From positions 41,102 to 105,101 of the forward strand of contig CAZLKC010000005.1 in NCBI GenBank assembly GCA_964560025.1: DNA of 64,000 nt. Direction: 5' to 3'. The notes beneath the pieces are model-generated. The model saw only the letters and a program-made list of their open reading frames with translations. It had not been told where the DNA came from and searched no databases. This document shows positions 25,451-35,379 of this stretch, in pieces; positions within the stretch are counted from its first letter, which is position 1; each line of letters starts with the position of its first letter. The translations under genes were made by a program, and so were the position numbers. The DNA comes from an uncultured Dehalococcoidia bacterium (lineage in GTDB: Bacteria; Chloroflexota; Dehalococcoidia; Lucifugimonadales; Australimonadaceae).

Positions 25451-26580
25451 CGCGCCTGCGCCGCCTCCCACTCGCGGACGCCCTCCAATCCGTAGGCGAG
25501 GCCCGCCTCCTCGTAGGCGCGGCGGGCGGCGGGGTGGTAGGCGTCTTGGCGCAGCCAAGCGTGGCCTACCCGGTCCAGCCGCGCCCACTGAGAGAAGGGC
25601 AGCGCCGCGGTCAGGACGCCTAGATCGTCCAGCAGGCCGCGCATAAGGGCGTACACGAATTCGTCGTCCGCGTTGGGGCTTGCGGCGTAGACGACGGAGG
25701 CGCCGCCGAGGCAACCCGCCCCTTCGCGGAAGAGGTCGTAGCCGGCGCGGGCGTACTCGCGGACGGCGTCTGCGGGCAGCGCGACGGCCTCCACCATGCC
25801 CGCCTCCGCCCACGCAGGCCGCAGCGCCGCCGCCTCGCGCACGACGGACTCCGGGATGCTCACGCCGTAGAGGTTCGCCTCGTCGGGAAGGCTCTGGAGG
25901 GTTACGGCCAGCAGCGCGGCCTCGGTAGTGGTGATGCGCTGGAACAGCACGCCGCCCACCGAGGCGTCCACCTCGCCGTCGAACAGCCATTGCAGCCCCT
26001 CGTCGGCGCCGCGCGCCTCCTCCACCTGCTCCCACACTCCGGCGGCCTGGAGCGCCAGTTCGCCCTTGGCGCGCCACGCCGTGCCCTCAGCGCCGAGGAA
26101 CACGCGCTTGCCCGCCAGGTCGTACACCGTCTCGATGGACGGGTCGCGCGTCCAGAAGGTTACGCAGGCGGCGGGAAAGGGCGCGAACAGCGCGGCGGGG
26201 CGCGGCGACATCAGCGGCTCGCCCGACAGCGTCTCGCCGTCGAACTCCAACGCCGCCTCCTCTTCCGTCAAGTGGAAGAGGGCGTAGTCGTAGCGCTCCG
26301 GCGCCGTGCGATAGAAGGCGCTGGCGGGCGTGGAGGCGACGGCCTGCACGCGCGGCTCACCAGGCGCCGACCGCGCATGTTCCGTGACCACGAGCGCGAC
26401 CCATTGGAGCGCCGGTTCGTAGTAGACGGCGTAGACCGGGCCCGGAGGCGCGGCGGGAGCGGGCGGGGAGGGGAGCGGGGTCGCGGGGTCGCTCGGGGCG
26501 CACGCAGCCGCGAGCAAAAGGAGAAGAGAGACGACCGGGACGACGGCGGGTTTCACGAGGGCGCGGCGGACGCGGCTCAC
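25447..26580 (-). CDS. Lipoprotein, TAXI-like (TRAP-associated) periplasmic solute-binding protein
   Basis: Lipobox LLLLAAAC and the C-terminal motif …AYHPAARRAYEEAGL, typical of TAXI receptors. The GTG start at 26580 forms a GTGA overlap with the amidase stop. Confidence 0.6.
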   Translation of the reverse strand: MSRVRRALVKPAVVPVVSLLLLLAAACAPSDPATPLPSPPAPAAPPGPVYAVYYEPALQWVALVVTEHARSAPGEPRVQAVASTPASAFYRTAPERYDYALFHLTEEEAALEFDGETLSGEPLMSPRPAALFAPFPAACVTFWTRDPSIETVYDLAGKRVFLGAEGTAWRAKGELALQAAGVWEQVEEARGADEGLQWLFDGEVDASVGGVLFQRITTTEAALLAVTLQSLPDEANLYGVSIPESVVREAAALRPAWAEAGMVEAVALPADAVREYARAGYDLFREGAGCLGGASVVYAASPNADDEFVYALMRGLLDDLGVLTAALPFSQWARLDRVGHAWLRQDAYHPAARRAYEEAGLAYGLEGVREWEAAQAR

Positions 26581-27956
26581 TCGATCGGGGGGCGGCGCGT
26601 GTGCCAGTCGGTTACTTGCTGATAGGCGTGGGCCAGGGCGAGGAGCGCGGCGTCGCTGCCCGGCGGGGCGGCGAGCTGGACGCCGATGGGCTCGCCGTGG
26701 TCGGAGAAGCCGCCAGGGATGGAGACGGCGGCCCAACCGATGACATTCCACGCCATATTGAAGAGGCCGCGCGCCGCGGCAGCGTCCACGCGCTTGCCGC
26801 CGATCACTACTTCCTCCTGGCCGAAGGCGGGCGCGGTCATAGGCTGCGTGGGCAGCAGCAGCGCGTCGAACCCCTGCGCCGCAGCGTCAGCCTCGCGCCG
26901 CAGATCGGCGGCGGTATCGAGGGCTGCAGCGTACTCGGCGGGAGTGGTGGCGGCGCCGTCGTCGAGGCGCTTGCGGGGATTGGGGCCGTAAGGCTTATCG
27001 GGATACCACCCCTGCGCGCGGTGGGTGAGCATCCCTTCGTGAAAGGCGATCGCGCCGTAGGGACGCGCGACGTGCCCGAAGTGCAAGTTCACTTCGGCCA
27101 CCTCTGCGCCTGCCGCGGCGAAGTCTTCCGCCGCCTTCTCGATGGCCGCCGCCACCTCGGGCGTGGTCTGCTCCGCCGTCCAGCGCCAAGGCACGCCGAC
27201 GCGCTTGCCCGCGAGCGTAGCGCCGCGCAGCGCCGCCGCAAACGCGCCGCCGCCCGTGATTGCGTCCAGCATCAGCGCGTTGTCCTCCACCGTGCGCGTC
27301 ATAGGCCCGACGGTGTCGAGGGTGGGGGAGAGGGGAAATACGCCCTCCAGGGGCAGTAGGCCCGGCGTAGGCTTGATGCCGACGAGGTTGCAGTAGGAGG
27401 CGGGCTGACGGACGGAGCCGCCGGTGTCGGTGCCGAGCGCCCCGGCGCACAGCCCGGCGGCCACCGCCGCGCCCGATCCGGTGCTGCTGCCGCCGGAGAA
27501 GTGGCCTGGCGCCCACGGATTGGCGCAGTAGCCGAACGTCTGGTTCCTGTCCGTGCCGCCCATAGCGAACTCGAGCATGTGCGTCTTGCCCAGCAGCACC
27601 GCGCCCGCCTCGCGTAGATTCGCCCATACCGTCGCGTCCTGCTCCGCCACGTTGTCCCGCAGGAAGGAGGCGCCGCAGGTCGTCGCCACGCCCTCCGCGT
27701 CGATGATGTCCTTCAGCGCAAGGGGGACGCCGTGCAGCGGGCCGCGGAGCGTGCCGTAGGACATCTCCGCCTCCGCCTCGCGCGCCTGCGCCAAGGCAAC
27801 CTCGGCGGTTACGGCGATGAAGGCGTTGAGGCGGGGATTCAGCCGCTCGATGCGCTCGAGGTAAGCGCGCGTCAACTCCACGGGCGAGACGGAGTGGTCG
27901 AGGATGGCGCGGGCCAACTCGGCGATGGTGCGGTAGTGAAGGGGCGCGTCGGACAT
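26577..27956 (-). CDS. Amidase (amidase-signature family, GatA-like)
   Basis: GGSSTGSGAAVAAG…GTDTGGSVRQPAS, with N-terminus MSDAPLHYRTIAELA…. The 677-aa track ORF is over-extended. Confidence 0.9.
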   Translation of the reverse strand: MSDAPLHYRTIAELARAILDHSVSPVELTRAYLERIERLNPRLNAFIAVTAEVALAQAREAEAEMSYGTLRGPLHGVPLALKDIIDAEGVATTCGASFLRDNVAEQDATVWANLREAGAVLLGKTHMLEFAMGGTDRNQTFGYCANPWAPGHFSGGSSTGSGAAVAAGLCAGALGTDTGGSVRQPASYCNLVGIKPTPGLLPLEGVFPLSPTLDTVGPMTRTVEDNALMLDAITGGGAFAAALRGATLAGKRVGVPWRWTAEQTTPEVAAAIEKAAEDFAAAGAEVAEVNLHFGHVARPYGAIAFHEGMLTHRAQGWYPDKPYGPNPRKRLDDGAATTPAEYAAALDTAADLRREADAAAQGFDALLLPTQPMTAPAFGQEEVVIGGKRVDAAAARGLFNMAWNVIGWAAVSIPGGFSDHGEPIGVQLAAPPGSDAALLALAHAYQQVTDWHTRRPPIE

Positions 27957-28040
27957 AGCGAGGGGAGTTTGGACGGAGGAGAGGTTAGCACGCGGGGCGG
28001 CGGTAGGCCAAAGCCCCGGCGCGTGTATACTGCGCGCGCT

Positions 28041-29273
28041 ATGGAGCCGCTGCGCGTCAACGCCCAACGCCTGTGGGACGCCCTGATGGAATTGGGGTCG
28101 ATCGGCGAGACGCCGTTGGGCGGCAACAACCGCCTCGCCCTGACCGACCTCGACCGCCAGGCGCGCGACCTGGTGATCCGCTGGTGCCGCGAGGCGGGCT
28201 GCGAGGTCGCCGTCGACCGCATCGGCAACATCTTCGCGCGGCGGCCGGGGAAGGACAACTCGCTCGCCCCCATCGCCACGGGCAGCCACGTGGACACACA
28301 GCCGACGGGCGGCAAGTTCGACGGCGGCCTCGGCGTGGTGTGCGGCGTGGAGGTGCTGCGGACGCTGGCCGACCGCGACGTGGAGACACTGCGCCCCATC
28401 GAAGTGACGGTGTGGACGAACGAGGAGGGCGCGCGCTTCGCCCCGGCGACCATCGGCTCCGGCGTGTACGCGGGCGTCTACGACCTCGACTACGCGATGA
28501 GCCGCGAGGACCCGGACGGCGTAACCATCGGCGAGGCGCTGCTCGCCATCGGCTACGATGGCGAGCAAGAGGTGGGCGACCACGATTTCGGCGCCTTCCT
28601 CGAAGTCCACATCGAGCAGGGGCCGATCCTCGAGGCCAACGGCAAGACCATCGGTGTCGTATCAGGCGCGCAGTCGAGACGCTGGTTCGAGGTAACGGTC
28701 ACCGGCCAGGACGCGCACGCGGGAACGACGCCGATGGAGCGGCGGCGCGACGCGCTGTTGGGGGCATCGCGCATCGTCGCCGAGGTGAACCGCATCGGCG
28801 CGTCCATCCCGGACGGCAGATCTACGGTGGGGATGATGCAGGTGCACCCGAACTCGCGGAACACCATCCCCGGGCGCGTCTTCTTCACCATCGACCTGCG
28901 CCACCCGGACGAGGCGCTGCTGGCGGATATGGTTGCGGAGATGCGCGAGTACGCCGCCGGCATCGCCCGCGAGACGGGGCTGGAGATGGTGGTGGACGAG
29001 GTATGGACGGCGCCCGCGCTGCGGTTCGACGAGCGCGCCAAGGCGGCTATCGCCGCCCAAGCCGAGGCGCTAGGCTACGGCACGATGCCCATCGTCTCCG
29101 GCGCGGGGCACGACGCTTGCAACATCGCCGTCATCGCGCCCGCCGCGATGATCTTCATCCCCTGCGCGGACGGCATCTCCCACAACGAAACGGAGAGCGC
29201 GACGCCCGAAGACTCCGCCGCCGGATGCGACGTGCTGCTGAACGCAATGCTCCAGTTGGCGAACGAGCGCTAG
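28041..29273 (+). CDS. N-carbamoyl-L-amino-acid / beta-ureidopropionate-type amidohydrolase (M20, AmaB/AllC-like)
   Basis: …IATGSHVDTQPTGGKFDGGLGV…WTNEEGARF…SGAGHDA…CADGISHNE…. Confidence 0.88.
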   Translation: MEPLRVNAQRLWDALMELGSIGETPLGGNNRLALTDLDRQARDLVIRWCREAGCEVAVDRIGNIFARRPGKDNSLAPIATGSHVDTQPTGGKFDGGLGVVCGVEVLRTLADRDVETLRPIEVTVWTNEEGARFAPATIGSGVYAGVYDLDYAMSREDPDGVTIGEALLAIGYDGEQEVGDHDFGAFLEVHIEQGPILEANGKTIGVVSGAQSRRWFEVTVTGQDAHAGTTPMERRRDALLGASRIVAEVNRIGASIPDGRSTVGMMQVHPNSRNTIPGRVFFTIDLRHPDEALLADMVAEMREYAAGIARETGLEMVVDEVWTAPALRFDERAKAAIAAQAEALGYGTMPIVSGAGHDACNIAVIAPAAMIFIPCADGISHNETESATPEDSAAGCDVLLNAMLQLANER

Positions 29274-29291
29274 CACCCGCAGAGCACCTAC

Positions 29292-29807
29292 TTACTCGCT
29301 CGGCGGGAAGGGGTCTTCCACGCTAATCGACGCCTGGTGTTCGCTGATGGACATCTCGCGCCTGGTCTTGTCCGCCCAGAGACTCTTGATGTACGTGAGC
29401 ACCGCGACTATCTCGTCACGGGTGAGGCGCTCGCCGAACGCGGGCATAGCGCTCTTGAACGACGGGTAGGCGGGGTCTTCCAATATCTTGCCGCCCCCAC
29501 TGACAATCCTGTACAGCAGGCCGTCCGCGTGGTGCCACGTGTGCCCGTCGCCATTCAGCGGAGGAGCGGGCAGCGTGCCGTCGGGCTTCCGGATATGCCA
29601 ATTGGGTTGACCTTCGCCGCCTGCGCCATGGCATACGGCGCAATTCGCGGCGAATAGCTCCGCGCCCGTCGGAACCGTCTGTGCGCCACCGGGATTAGGG
29701 GCCTCGCTGCCGCTAGAAGATGAGCACGCGGCTAGCAGCACCGAGGCGAGCACGAGCGCGGCGGCGGCGCGAATCAGGGCGTATCGCCGCGCCCTGCTCA
29801 CGCTCAC
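29292..29807 (-). CDS. Membrane-anchored (lipoprotein-type) mono-haem cytochrome c
   Basis: CAVCHG haem-binding motif and lipobox LLAACSS. The GTG start at 29807 forms a GTGA overlap with the stop of the Ldh_2 gene. Confidence 0.8.
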   Translation of the reverse strand: MSVSRARRYALIRAAAALVLASVLLAACSSSSGSEAPNPGGAQTVPTGAELFAANCAVCHGAGGEGQPNWHIRKPDGTLPAPPLNGDGHTWHHADGLLYRIVSGGGKILEDPAYPSFKSAMPAFGERLTRDEIVAVLTYIKSLWADKTRREMSISEHQASISVEDPFPPSE

Positions 29808-30874
29808 AATTCGCAGGGGAGGCCCCACTCCGCGCACATCGTGCGGATGTACTCCACCGCTTCGTAGTGGAGCGGGATGCCGTGCTCGGCGCGCTCCAAC
29901 GCCTCCTCCGCCTCGTAGAGGCCGGGGTAGAGGACGCGCTCGTGGCCGGGGGCGGGCGGCGTGTCGCGCAGCGTCCGCAGGAACTCGTCCATCGTGTCCT
30001 TGAAGCCGTCAACGTCGGTGAAGGCGTCGATGGCGTAGGCGGCGACCATATGGTGATAGGGCCCGTCGCGGTAGACGAATCCCGCGCCCGACAGCACCGC
30101 GCAGAGCACCTCCACCACCGCCGCCAGGCCATAGCCCTTGTGGGAGCCCATCTCGCGCGTGCTGCCGAGAGGCAGCGGCAGGTAGAAGTCGGGAACGACG
30201 GACGGCTCCATAACGGGCGTGCCGTCGATGGTGGCGAGCATGCCGGGCGGAATCTCGGCGCCGAGGCGCTTAGCGTTGCGGAACTTGTTGATGGCGATGG
30301 TGCTTGTCGCCGCGTCGAAGACGAAAGGCGACTCGTTGCGGGCGGGCGCGGCGACGGCGATGGGGTTCGTGCCCAGGCGCGGCTTCGCGCCGAACGTCGG
30401 CGGCACGGTTACGGTCGCCGCCGTCATACAGACGCCGATCATGTCGTGCGGCAGCGCCAGCATCGCGTGGTAGGCGCACATCCCCACGTGTCCGCCGCGA
30501 GCCATCGTAACCATGCCCATGCCCGTCTGCTTTGCCTTCTCGATGGCGATCTCCATCGCTTTGGGCGCAATGGCGATGCCCAGCCCTCGGTCGCAGTCGA
30601 TGGTGGCGGTGGAAGGGCGTTCGCGGATGACGCGCCAGTCGGGCGTGGGGTTGATGGTCCCCTTGGCGAAGCCGTCCATGTAGTAGCGGAGCATGTTCGT
30701 CACGCCGTGGCTGTCGACGGCGCGGTCGTCCGCGCTCACCAGAACGTCGGTGGCCAACGCCGCGTCCTCCGGCGGCATCCCGCAATGCTCCAGCATCGCC
30801 TGGACGGAAACGCGCAGGTCGGCGCTGGAGACGCGGAGGGCGTCCTCCTCGCGGACATGGAAGGCTTCGAGCAT
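29804..30874 (-). CDS. Ldh_2 family oxidoreductase (malate/L-lactate/ureidoglycolate dehydrogenase type 2)
   Basis: …DSHGV…GGHVGM…GTNPIAVAAP…SHKGYGLA…. The start is at 30874 (MLEAFHV) or 30907. Confidence 0.85.
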   Translation of the reverse strand: MLEAFHVREEDALRVSSADLRVSVQAMLEHCGMPPEDAALATDVLVSADDRAVDSHGVTNMLRYYMDGFAKGTINPTPDWRVIRERPSTATIDCDRGLGIAIAPKAMEIAIEKAKQTGMGMVTMARGGHVGMCAYHAMLALPHDMIGVCMTAATVTVPPTFGAKPRLGTNPIAVAAPARNESPFVFDAATSTIAINKFRNAKRLGAEIPPGMLATIDGTPVMEPSVVPDFYLPLPLGSTREMGSHKGYGLAAVVEVLCAVLSGAGFVYRDGPYHHMVAAYAIDAFTDVDGFKDTMDEFLRTLRDTPPAPGHERVLYPGLYEAEEALERAEHGIPLHYEAVEYIRTMCAEWGLPCEL

Positions 30875-31065
30875 AGGGCGGCTCCTTACGGGGCGGGTTA
30901 GGGGCAAGAGGCTACCGGGGCGGCGGCCTGCTCACAAGTGGCGGGCCCATTCGCTCCGTAGGCGCCCGCCATCCTCCCTAAAGACTAAAGACGCCTCGCC
31001 CATTCGCACTGGAAACACCCCATCTGTTCGCCCTTCGAGTTCCCTCAGGGCGAACGGCCGGGCGT

Positions 31066-32370
31066 CTACCGCGCTTCGCCGCTGACGGCGGCTACACCCG
31101 CCTCGAACGCCGCCAGCGTCTGCTCAACGTCCGCGTCCGTGTGGCACATGCCTACGTAGACCTTGCCCGCGGGCTTGAAGACGCCTCGGTCGAGCAGCGT
31201 CTGATTGAAGACGGCGTTCAGGCGCTTGTCGGCGGTGAGGGTGGAGCGGTAGTCGGTGATGGGCTGCGGCGTGAAGAAGACATCGAACAGCACGTCGTCG
31301 CCCGACACCGTGGCGTCCACGCCCGCGTCGTCCAGCATCGTTTGGAGCGAGCGGCGCAGCCTGGCGCCCGTCGCGTTGTAGGCGTCGTAGATGCCCGGCG
31401 CCTGCAGCTCCTTGAGCGTGGCCAAGCCCGCCGCCGCCGCGACGGGACTGCCGTTCATCGTGCCTATCTGGCTTACGTGGCCGTCGGCGGGGACGGCGGA
31501 GGCGTCGTAGGCGGCGAGGTAGTCGCGCTTGCCCGCAACGGCGCCCAAGGGCATGCCGCCGCCGACCACCTTGCCGAACGCCGCCATATCGGGAACGACG
31601 CCGTAGCGCTCTTGCGCGCCGCCGTAGGCAAGGCGGAAGCCGGTCACCACTTCGTCGAAGATGAGGGCGACGCCGTTGCGCTCGGTCACCTCGCGCAGAC
31701 CCTGGAGGAAGCCTGGGCGCGGCTCGATGATACGCTGCAACGGCTCCACGATGACGGCGGCGAGGTCGTTGCGGTTGCGCTCGATGATGTCCGCCGTCGT
31801 CTCAACGTCGTTGAAGGGCGCGATAAGCACGGTGTCGGCCACGGCCTGAGGGATGCCCGCGCTCCCTGGCACGGGGGCAGGATAGGGGGGCGGCTGGTCG
31901 GGCGTTACGCTCATCTGCGCGTAGTCGTGCGTCCCGTGGAAGCCGCCCTCGAACTTCAGCACCTTGTCGCGGCCGGTGCGGGCGCGGGCGAGGCGCAGGC
32001 ACTGGAACGTCGCGTCAGTGCCGCTGGTGGTGAAGCGCACCATCTCGGCGCACGGCACGGCGTCGATAATCGCCTCCGCCAACTCAATGGCATAGGCGTT
32101 CTGCGTGAAGAAGGTGGTTCCCTTGCGGGCGGCCTCTTCGACGGCGGCGATGACCGCCGGGTGCGCGTGGCCGAGAATCATCGGGCCGGAGCCGAGCAGG
32201 TAGTCGACGTACTCGTTGCCGCTCATGTCCCAGACGCGGGAGCCGCGCCCCTCGCGCACGATGAAGGCGTACTCCTCGTCGAGGCGCATGTTGCCCAGGC
32301 TGCCCTGGGGCAGCGCGCGGTCGGCGCGCCTGAGGAGGTCGCGCTCAGCGTCGGTGCGTTGGATGCTCAT
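31066..32370 (-). CDS. Class III PLP-dependent aminotransferase (HemL/GSA-aminomutase-like)
   Basis: …YVDYLLGSGPMILGHAHP…FTTSGTDATF…FDEVVTGFR…. Confidence 0.9.
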   Translation of the reverse strand: MSIQRTDAERDLLRRADRALPQGSLGNMRLDEEYAFIVREGRGSRVWDMSGNEYVDYLLGSGPMILGHAHPAVIAAVEEAARKGTTFFTQNAYAIELAEAIIDAVPCAEMVRFTTSGTDATFQCLRLARARTGRDKVLKFEGGFHGTHDYAQMSVTPDQPPPYPAPVPGSAGIPQAVADTVLIAPFNDVETTADIIERNRNDLAAVIVEPLQRIIEPRPGFLQGLREVTERNGVALIFDEVVTGFRLAYGGAQERYGVVPDMAAFGKVVGGGMPLGAVAGKRDYLAAYDASAVPADGHVSQIGTMNGSPVAAAAGLATLKELQAPGIYDAYNATGARLRRSLQTMLDDAGVDATVSGDDVLFDVFFTPQPITDYRSTLTADKRLNAVFNQTLLDRGVFKPAGKVYVGMCHTDADVEQTLAAFEAGVAAVSGEAR

Positions 32371-32385
32371 GGTCGGGTATTGCTC

Positions 32386-33750
32386 CTAGAGGGTCTCGGC
32401 GCGCGTGCGCGTGCAGGTGTCGATGGCGGCGTAAACGATCTTCTTGGCCGCGAGCGCCAGGTCGGGGATATGCGCCACGCCCATGCCGCCGAATCCGCGC
32501 CATTCCTCCGGAATAGTCGGCACAGGGCCGGGCCCCATCTTGGCGGTGGGGATGCCCATGCGCCGGATGGCGGAGCCGTCGTGCTGCCCTGATACGGGGT
32601 TGACGCCCGCGTGGTGCTCCTTCCCCTCCACCTCCTCCCACCCGCGCATAGCGGACTGGACGATCCAGTTGTCCGGGTCGGTGGCGACGGCGGGGTAGGA
32701 GGCAGTCATCTCCCATTCGACGCGCAACTCCGGATGCTGCGCCGTGATGGAGGCGACGGCGGCGGCGAACTCCGCCTTCACCTTGGCGGTGGTCTGGCGC
32801 GGAGTGAGGCGAACGTCTATGTAGACCTCGGTGGCCGCGCTGGGGAAGGCGGGCTTGTGCGGCCAGCCCCCGCGCACGGCGGCGACGCAGCCCTGGGGCG
32901 CGACCGTTCCGGAGGCGTTGCGCGCCTGGTAGTCGATGAGCCATTCGTCGATGGCGTGGATGAAGGTCGCCGCGTGCAGGACGGAGTTGCGGAAGCCGGG
33001 GATGGTGCGCGTCAGCCCCGCGTAGCCCATCTGGCCGCGCACGGTTACCTTGAACCAGCACAGTCCCGCCTCCTCCCACGCCACCGAGCCGCCCGGCTTG
33101 ATGATGATGGCGTAGCCGGGCGAGACACCGTGATTGAGCATATAGGTTACGCCGGAGCCGAGGCCGTGTCCCTGCCGTGCGTCGTCCGCCGGCATGCGCG
33201 CGGGCATCCCGCCGCCCGCGAACGCCGCGATCAGGTCGCCCTTCAGCGGCACGCCCGCTTCCTTGACCGCTTGCGCGGCGGTGAGCGCGACGGTCGCGAA
33301 TCCCTTGGGGTTAAAGGCGCACAGGCCGATGACGTCGCCATTCTCCGCAACGTAGGCGTCCGTCTTCATCTCGGCGGTGAGCTCGGGCGCTGCCCAGGGC
33401 GCGTCGAGGGCGGGGTCGCCGTCGAGGTGCGCGTCGATGGGCGCGTACACCATCAGCGAAGGTCCTTCGCCGGAGCCGCGCACGTAGCCGTAGGCGTTGC
33501 CGGAGTTCTCGTCCATCGGCTGGTAGGCCGCCTCGAGGCCCGCGTCGGCCATGATCTGCGCAAGGCGCTCGCTGACGGCGCGTTCGTAGCCCGTCGGGCT
33601 GGGGATGCGCGTCAACTCGAGGTCGATCCGGCGGATGCGCTCCTCGTCGATCAGCGCCCACGCGCGCTCGACCCACTGGCGTTGCTCCGCCGACAAGGGC
33701 GCGGTCTTCACCGCAACGTCCAAAGGCGCGTCTACGCTCACGGTCGCCAT
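32386..33750 (-). CDS. M20/ArgE/DapE-family metallohydrolase
   Basis: Its size and pattern fit the M20 fold (…RIPSPTGYE…VYAPIDAH…). It lies 16 nt upstream of the aminotransferase on the same strand. Confidence 0.75.
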   Translation of the reverse strand: MATVSVDAPLDVAVKTAPLSAEQRQWVERAWALIDEERIRRIDLELTRIPSPTGYERAVSERLAQIMADAGLEAAYQPMDENSGNAYGYVRGSGEGPSLMVYAPIDAHLDGDPALDAPWAAPELTAEMKTDAYVAENGDVIGLCAFNPKGFATVALTAAQAVKEAGVPLKGDLIAAFAGGGMPARMPADDARQGHGLGSGVTYMLNHGVSPGYAIIIKPGGSVAWEEAGLCWFKVTVRGQMGYAGLTRTIPGFRNSVLHAATFIHAIDEWLIDYQARNASGTVAPQGCVAAVRGGWPHKPAFPSAATEVYIDVRLTPRQTTAKVKAEFAAAVASITAQHPELRVEWEMTASYPAVATDPDNWIVQSAMRGWEEVEGKEHHAGVNPVSGQHDGSAIRRMGIPTAKMGPGPVPTIPEEWRGFGGMGVAHIPDLALAAKKIVYAAIDTCTRTRAETL

Positions 33751-33776
33751 GTCATTCCTCCTGGTCTACGCCCGGG

Positions 33777-35030
33777 CTACGTCTGCGGCTCGTCGTCGGA
33801 GCCGCCCGCGACGGAGGGCAGCTCCTCGAGGGCGCGGGCGGCGCGGCGCTCGGCCTCCGCCTCCTGCCACGCGGAGCCTTCGCCGCGCGCGTTGCTATTC
33901 ACGTGCTCGATGATGGCGAGGTTGAACTCGTCGGGGCGGTAGAGACGGGTGGGCGGATTCGCGCCGTGGCGTTTCCAGTAGCGCCACTGCGCGGCGACGG
34001 GCTTGCGGTCTTGGTTGTTGAAGCGAATCTTGCGCATAGGCCGCCCCCACAGGTAGTACCAAACCTGCGTGTAGAGCCACGAGAGCGGGTTGCGGGGGAA
34101 GTGGCAGGTGAGCTGGAAGTAGGTGTAGTGGTCGGCATCCTCCGCTACGTACCACTCATACAGCATCCCCGCCTTGAAGGGGAAGTTGATGACGCGGAGG
34201 ATGCCGGGCAGGCGGAACGCGCCGCCGCGCGCGTCAACGCCCTTCAGTGGCACCGTCCCGCCGCCGCGCGGCATCTTGCGCCACAGGCGCTTGGGCGGCC
34301 ACACGCCCAGACCGGGGTACTCCGCCTGCATGATGGGCTGGTGGCTCGAGTTGCGCTGGACGAGCCACACCGCGCCGTCGTAGGGGTCGCGCACGTAGTC
34401 CGGCTCGCGGGCGACGGCGTAGCCCTGTATCTGCGAGAAGAGCAGGCCGATGGCGTCGCGGTGGAGGGTCGGGAAGTGTCCCGCGTCCTGCGTCGCGTGG
34501 TTACGCCAGTTGCCCTCGACGGTGCGGAAGCGGAACTTCACCAACGTGTCGTCCTGGAGCACCAGGCCGGGCACGTCCTCCTCCAACGGCGCGGGCGCGC
34601 CGCGCCCGAACCAGACCCACACGACACCCTTGCGCTCCTCGGTCGGGAAGGTGCGGAGGCGGAACTTGCCGACCGCCGGGCTGTCGGGGCCGTCGGTGAG
34701 GACGGCGACGCAGTTGCCGCGGTCGGCAAGGTCGAAGGTCATCCCGTGAAGGCGGCAGGTGATGGTGTCGGAGCCGGGGAATTCGTACTTGCCGTCGCTG
34801 AGCGTGTAGCCTCGATGGGGGCACTCGTCGAGGAAGGCGTAGGGCTTGCCGTTGCGCCGCACGATAGCGATCTCGTAGCCCAGGCGCGTGAAGCGCGACG
34901 GCCATCGCGTCTTCACGTCGCGCGAGCCGCAGACCGGGTACCAGTAGTTGCGCAGCCCGGTCGCGGCGCGCTCCCACACGTCCGCGCCCGGCTGCTCCAG
35001 CAGGTCGAGGTCTTCTCGTTCGTTCGCCAT
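33777..35030 (-). CDS. Rieske [2Fe-2S] non-haem-iron oxygenase, paralogue 1
   Basis: CPHRG…CRLHG Rieske motif, NWRNHATQDAGHFPTLH (D-x2-H-x4-H iron site) and an …NNQD… motif. Confidence 0.88.
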   Translation of the reverse strand: MANEREDLDLLEQPGADVWERAATGLRNYWYPVCGSRDVKTRWPSRFTRLGYEIAIVRRNGKPYAFLDECPHRGYTLSDGKYEFPGSDTITCRLHGMTFDLADRGNCVAVLTDGPDSPAVGKFRLRTFPTEERKGVVWVWFGRGAPAPLEEDVPGLVLQDDTLVKFRFRTVEGNWRNHATQDAGHFPTLHRDAIGLLFSQIQGYAVAREPDYVRDPYDGAVWLVQRNSSHQPIMQAEYPGLGVWPPKRLWRKMPRGGGTVPLKGVDARGGAFRLPGILRVINFPFKAGMLYEWYVAEDADHYTYFQLTCHFPRNPLSWLYTQVWYYLWGRPMRKIRFNNQDRKPVAAQWRYWKRHGANPPTRLYRPDEFNLAIIEHVNSNARGEGSAWQEAEAERRAARALEELPSVAGGSDDEPQT

Positions 35031-35040
35031 ACGCGCCTTC

Positions 35041-35310
35041 CTAGAAGTCGATGACGCTGCCGCGCTTGACGCGGTAGGCCACCAGCCATACCGCCGGGCC
35101 GACGGTCAGCCACAGGCCGAGCGTCGCTATCAGCGCCGTCTCGTAGCCTATCGTGCCCACTCCCGCGCGGCTTGCCACGATGCCCCAGAACACCATGCAG
35201 CACCACGACGCGAACGCGTAGAAGCCGACGAACAACAGCACGCGGAACAGCACCGTCCCGATAACGTCCCACGCGATGACGTCCCACGCCGTCTGCGCTC
35301 TGCTCTGCAT
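35041..35310 (-). CDS. Small membrane protein (89 aa)
   Basis: The ATG at 35310 is preceded by GGAGG. There are three hydrophobic segments. It lies 10 nt upstream of Rieske paralogue 1. Confidence 0.5.
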   Translation of the reverse strand: MQSRAQTAWDVIAWDVIGTVLFRVLLFVGFYAFASWCCMVFWGIVASRAGVGTIGYETALIATLGLWLTVGPAVWLVAYRVKRGSVIDF

Positions 35311-35379
35311 GCCGCCTCCGTTGGCCGCAATTGTTGACGGGTAGGGTAGGGCAGCGTCGCGCCGTGTCAAGTGCGCCCG

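Noticed and set aside
27957-28610. N-terminal extension of the amidase ORF to 677 aa
   Set aside because: The extension has shadow-ORF composition and overlaps the carbamoylase gene on the other strand. The amidase family N-terminus (MSDAPLHYRTIAELA…) begins at 27956.
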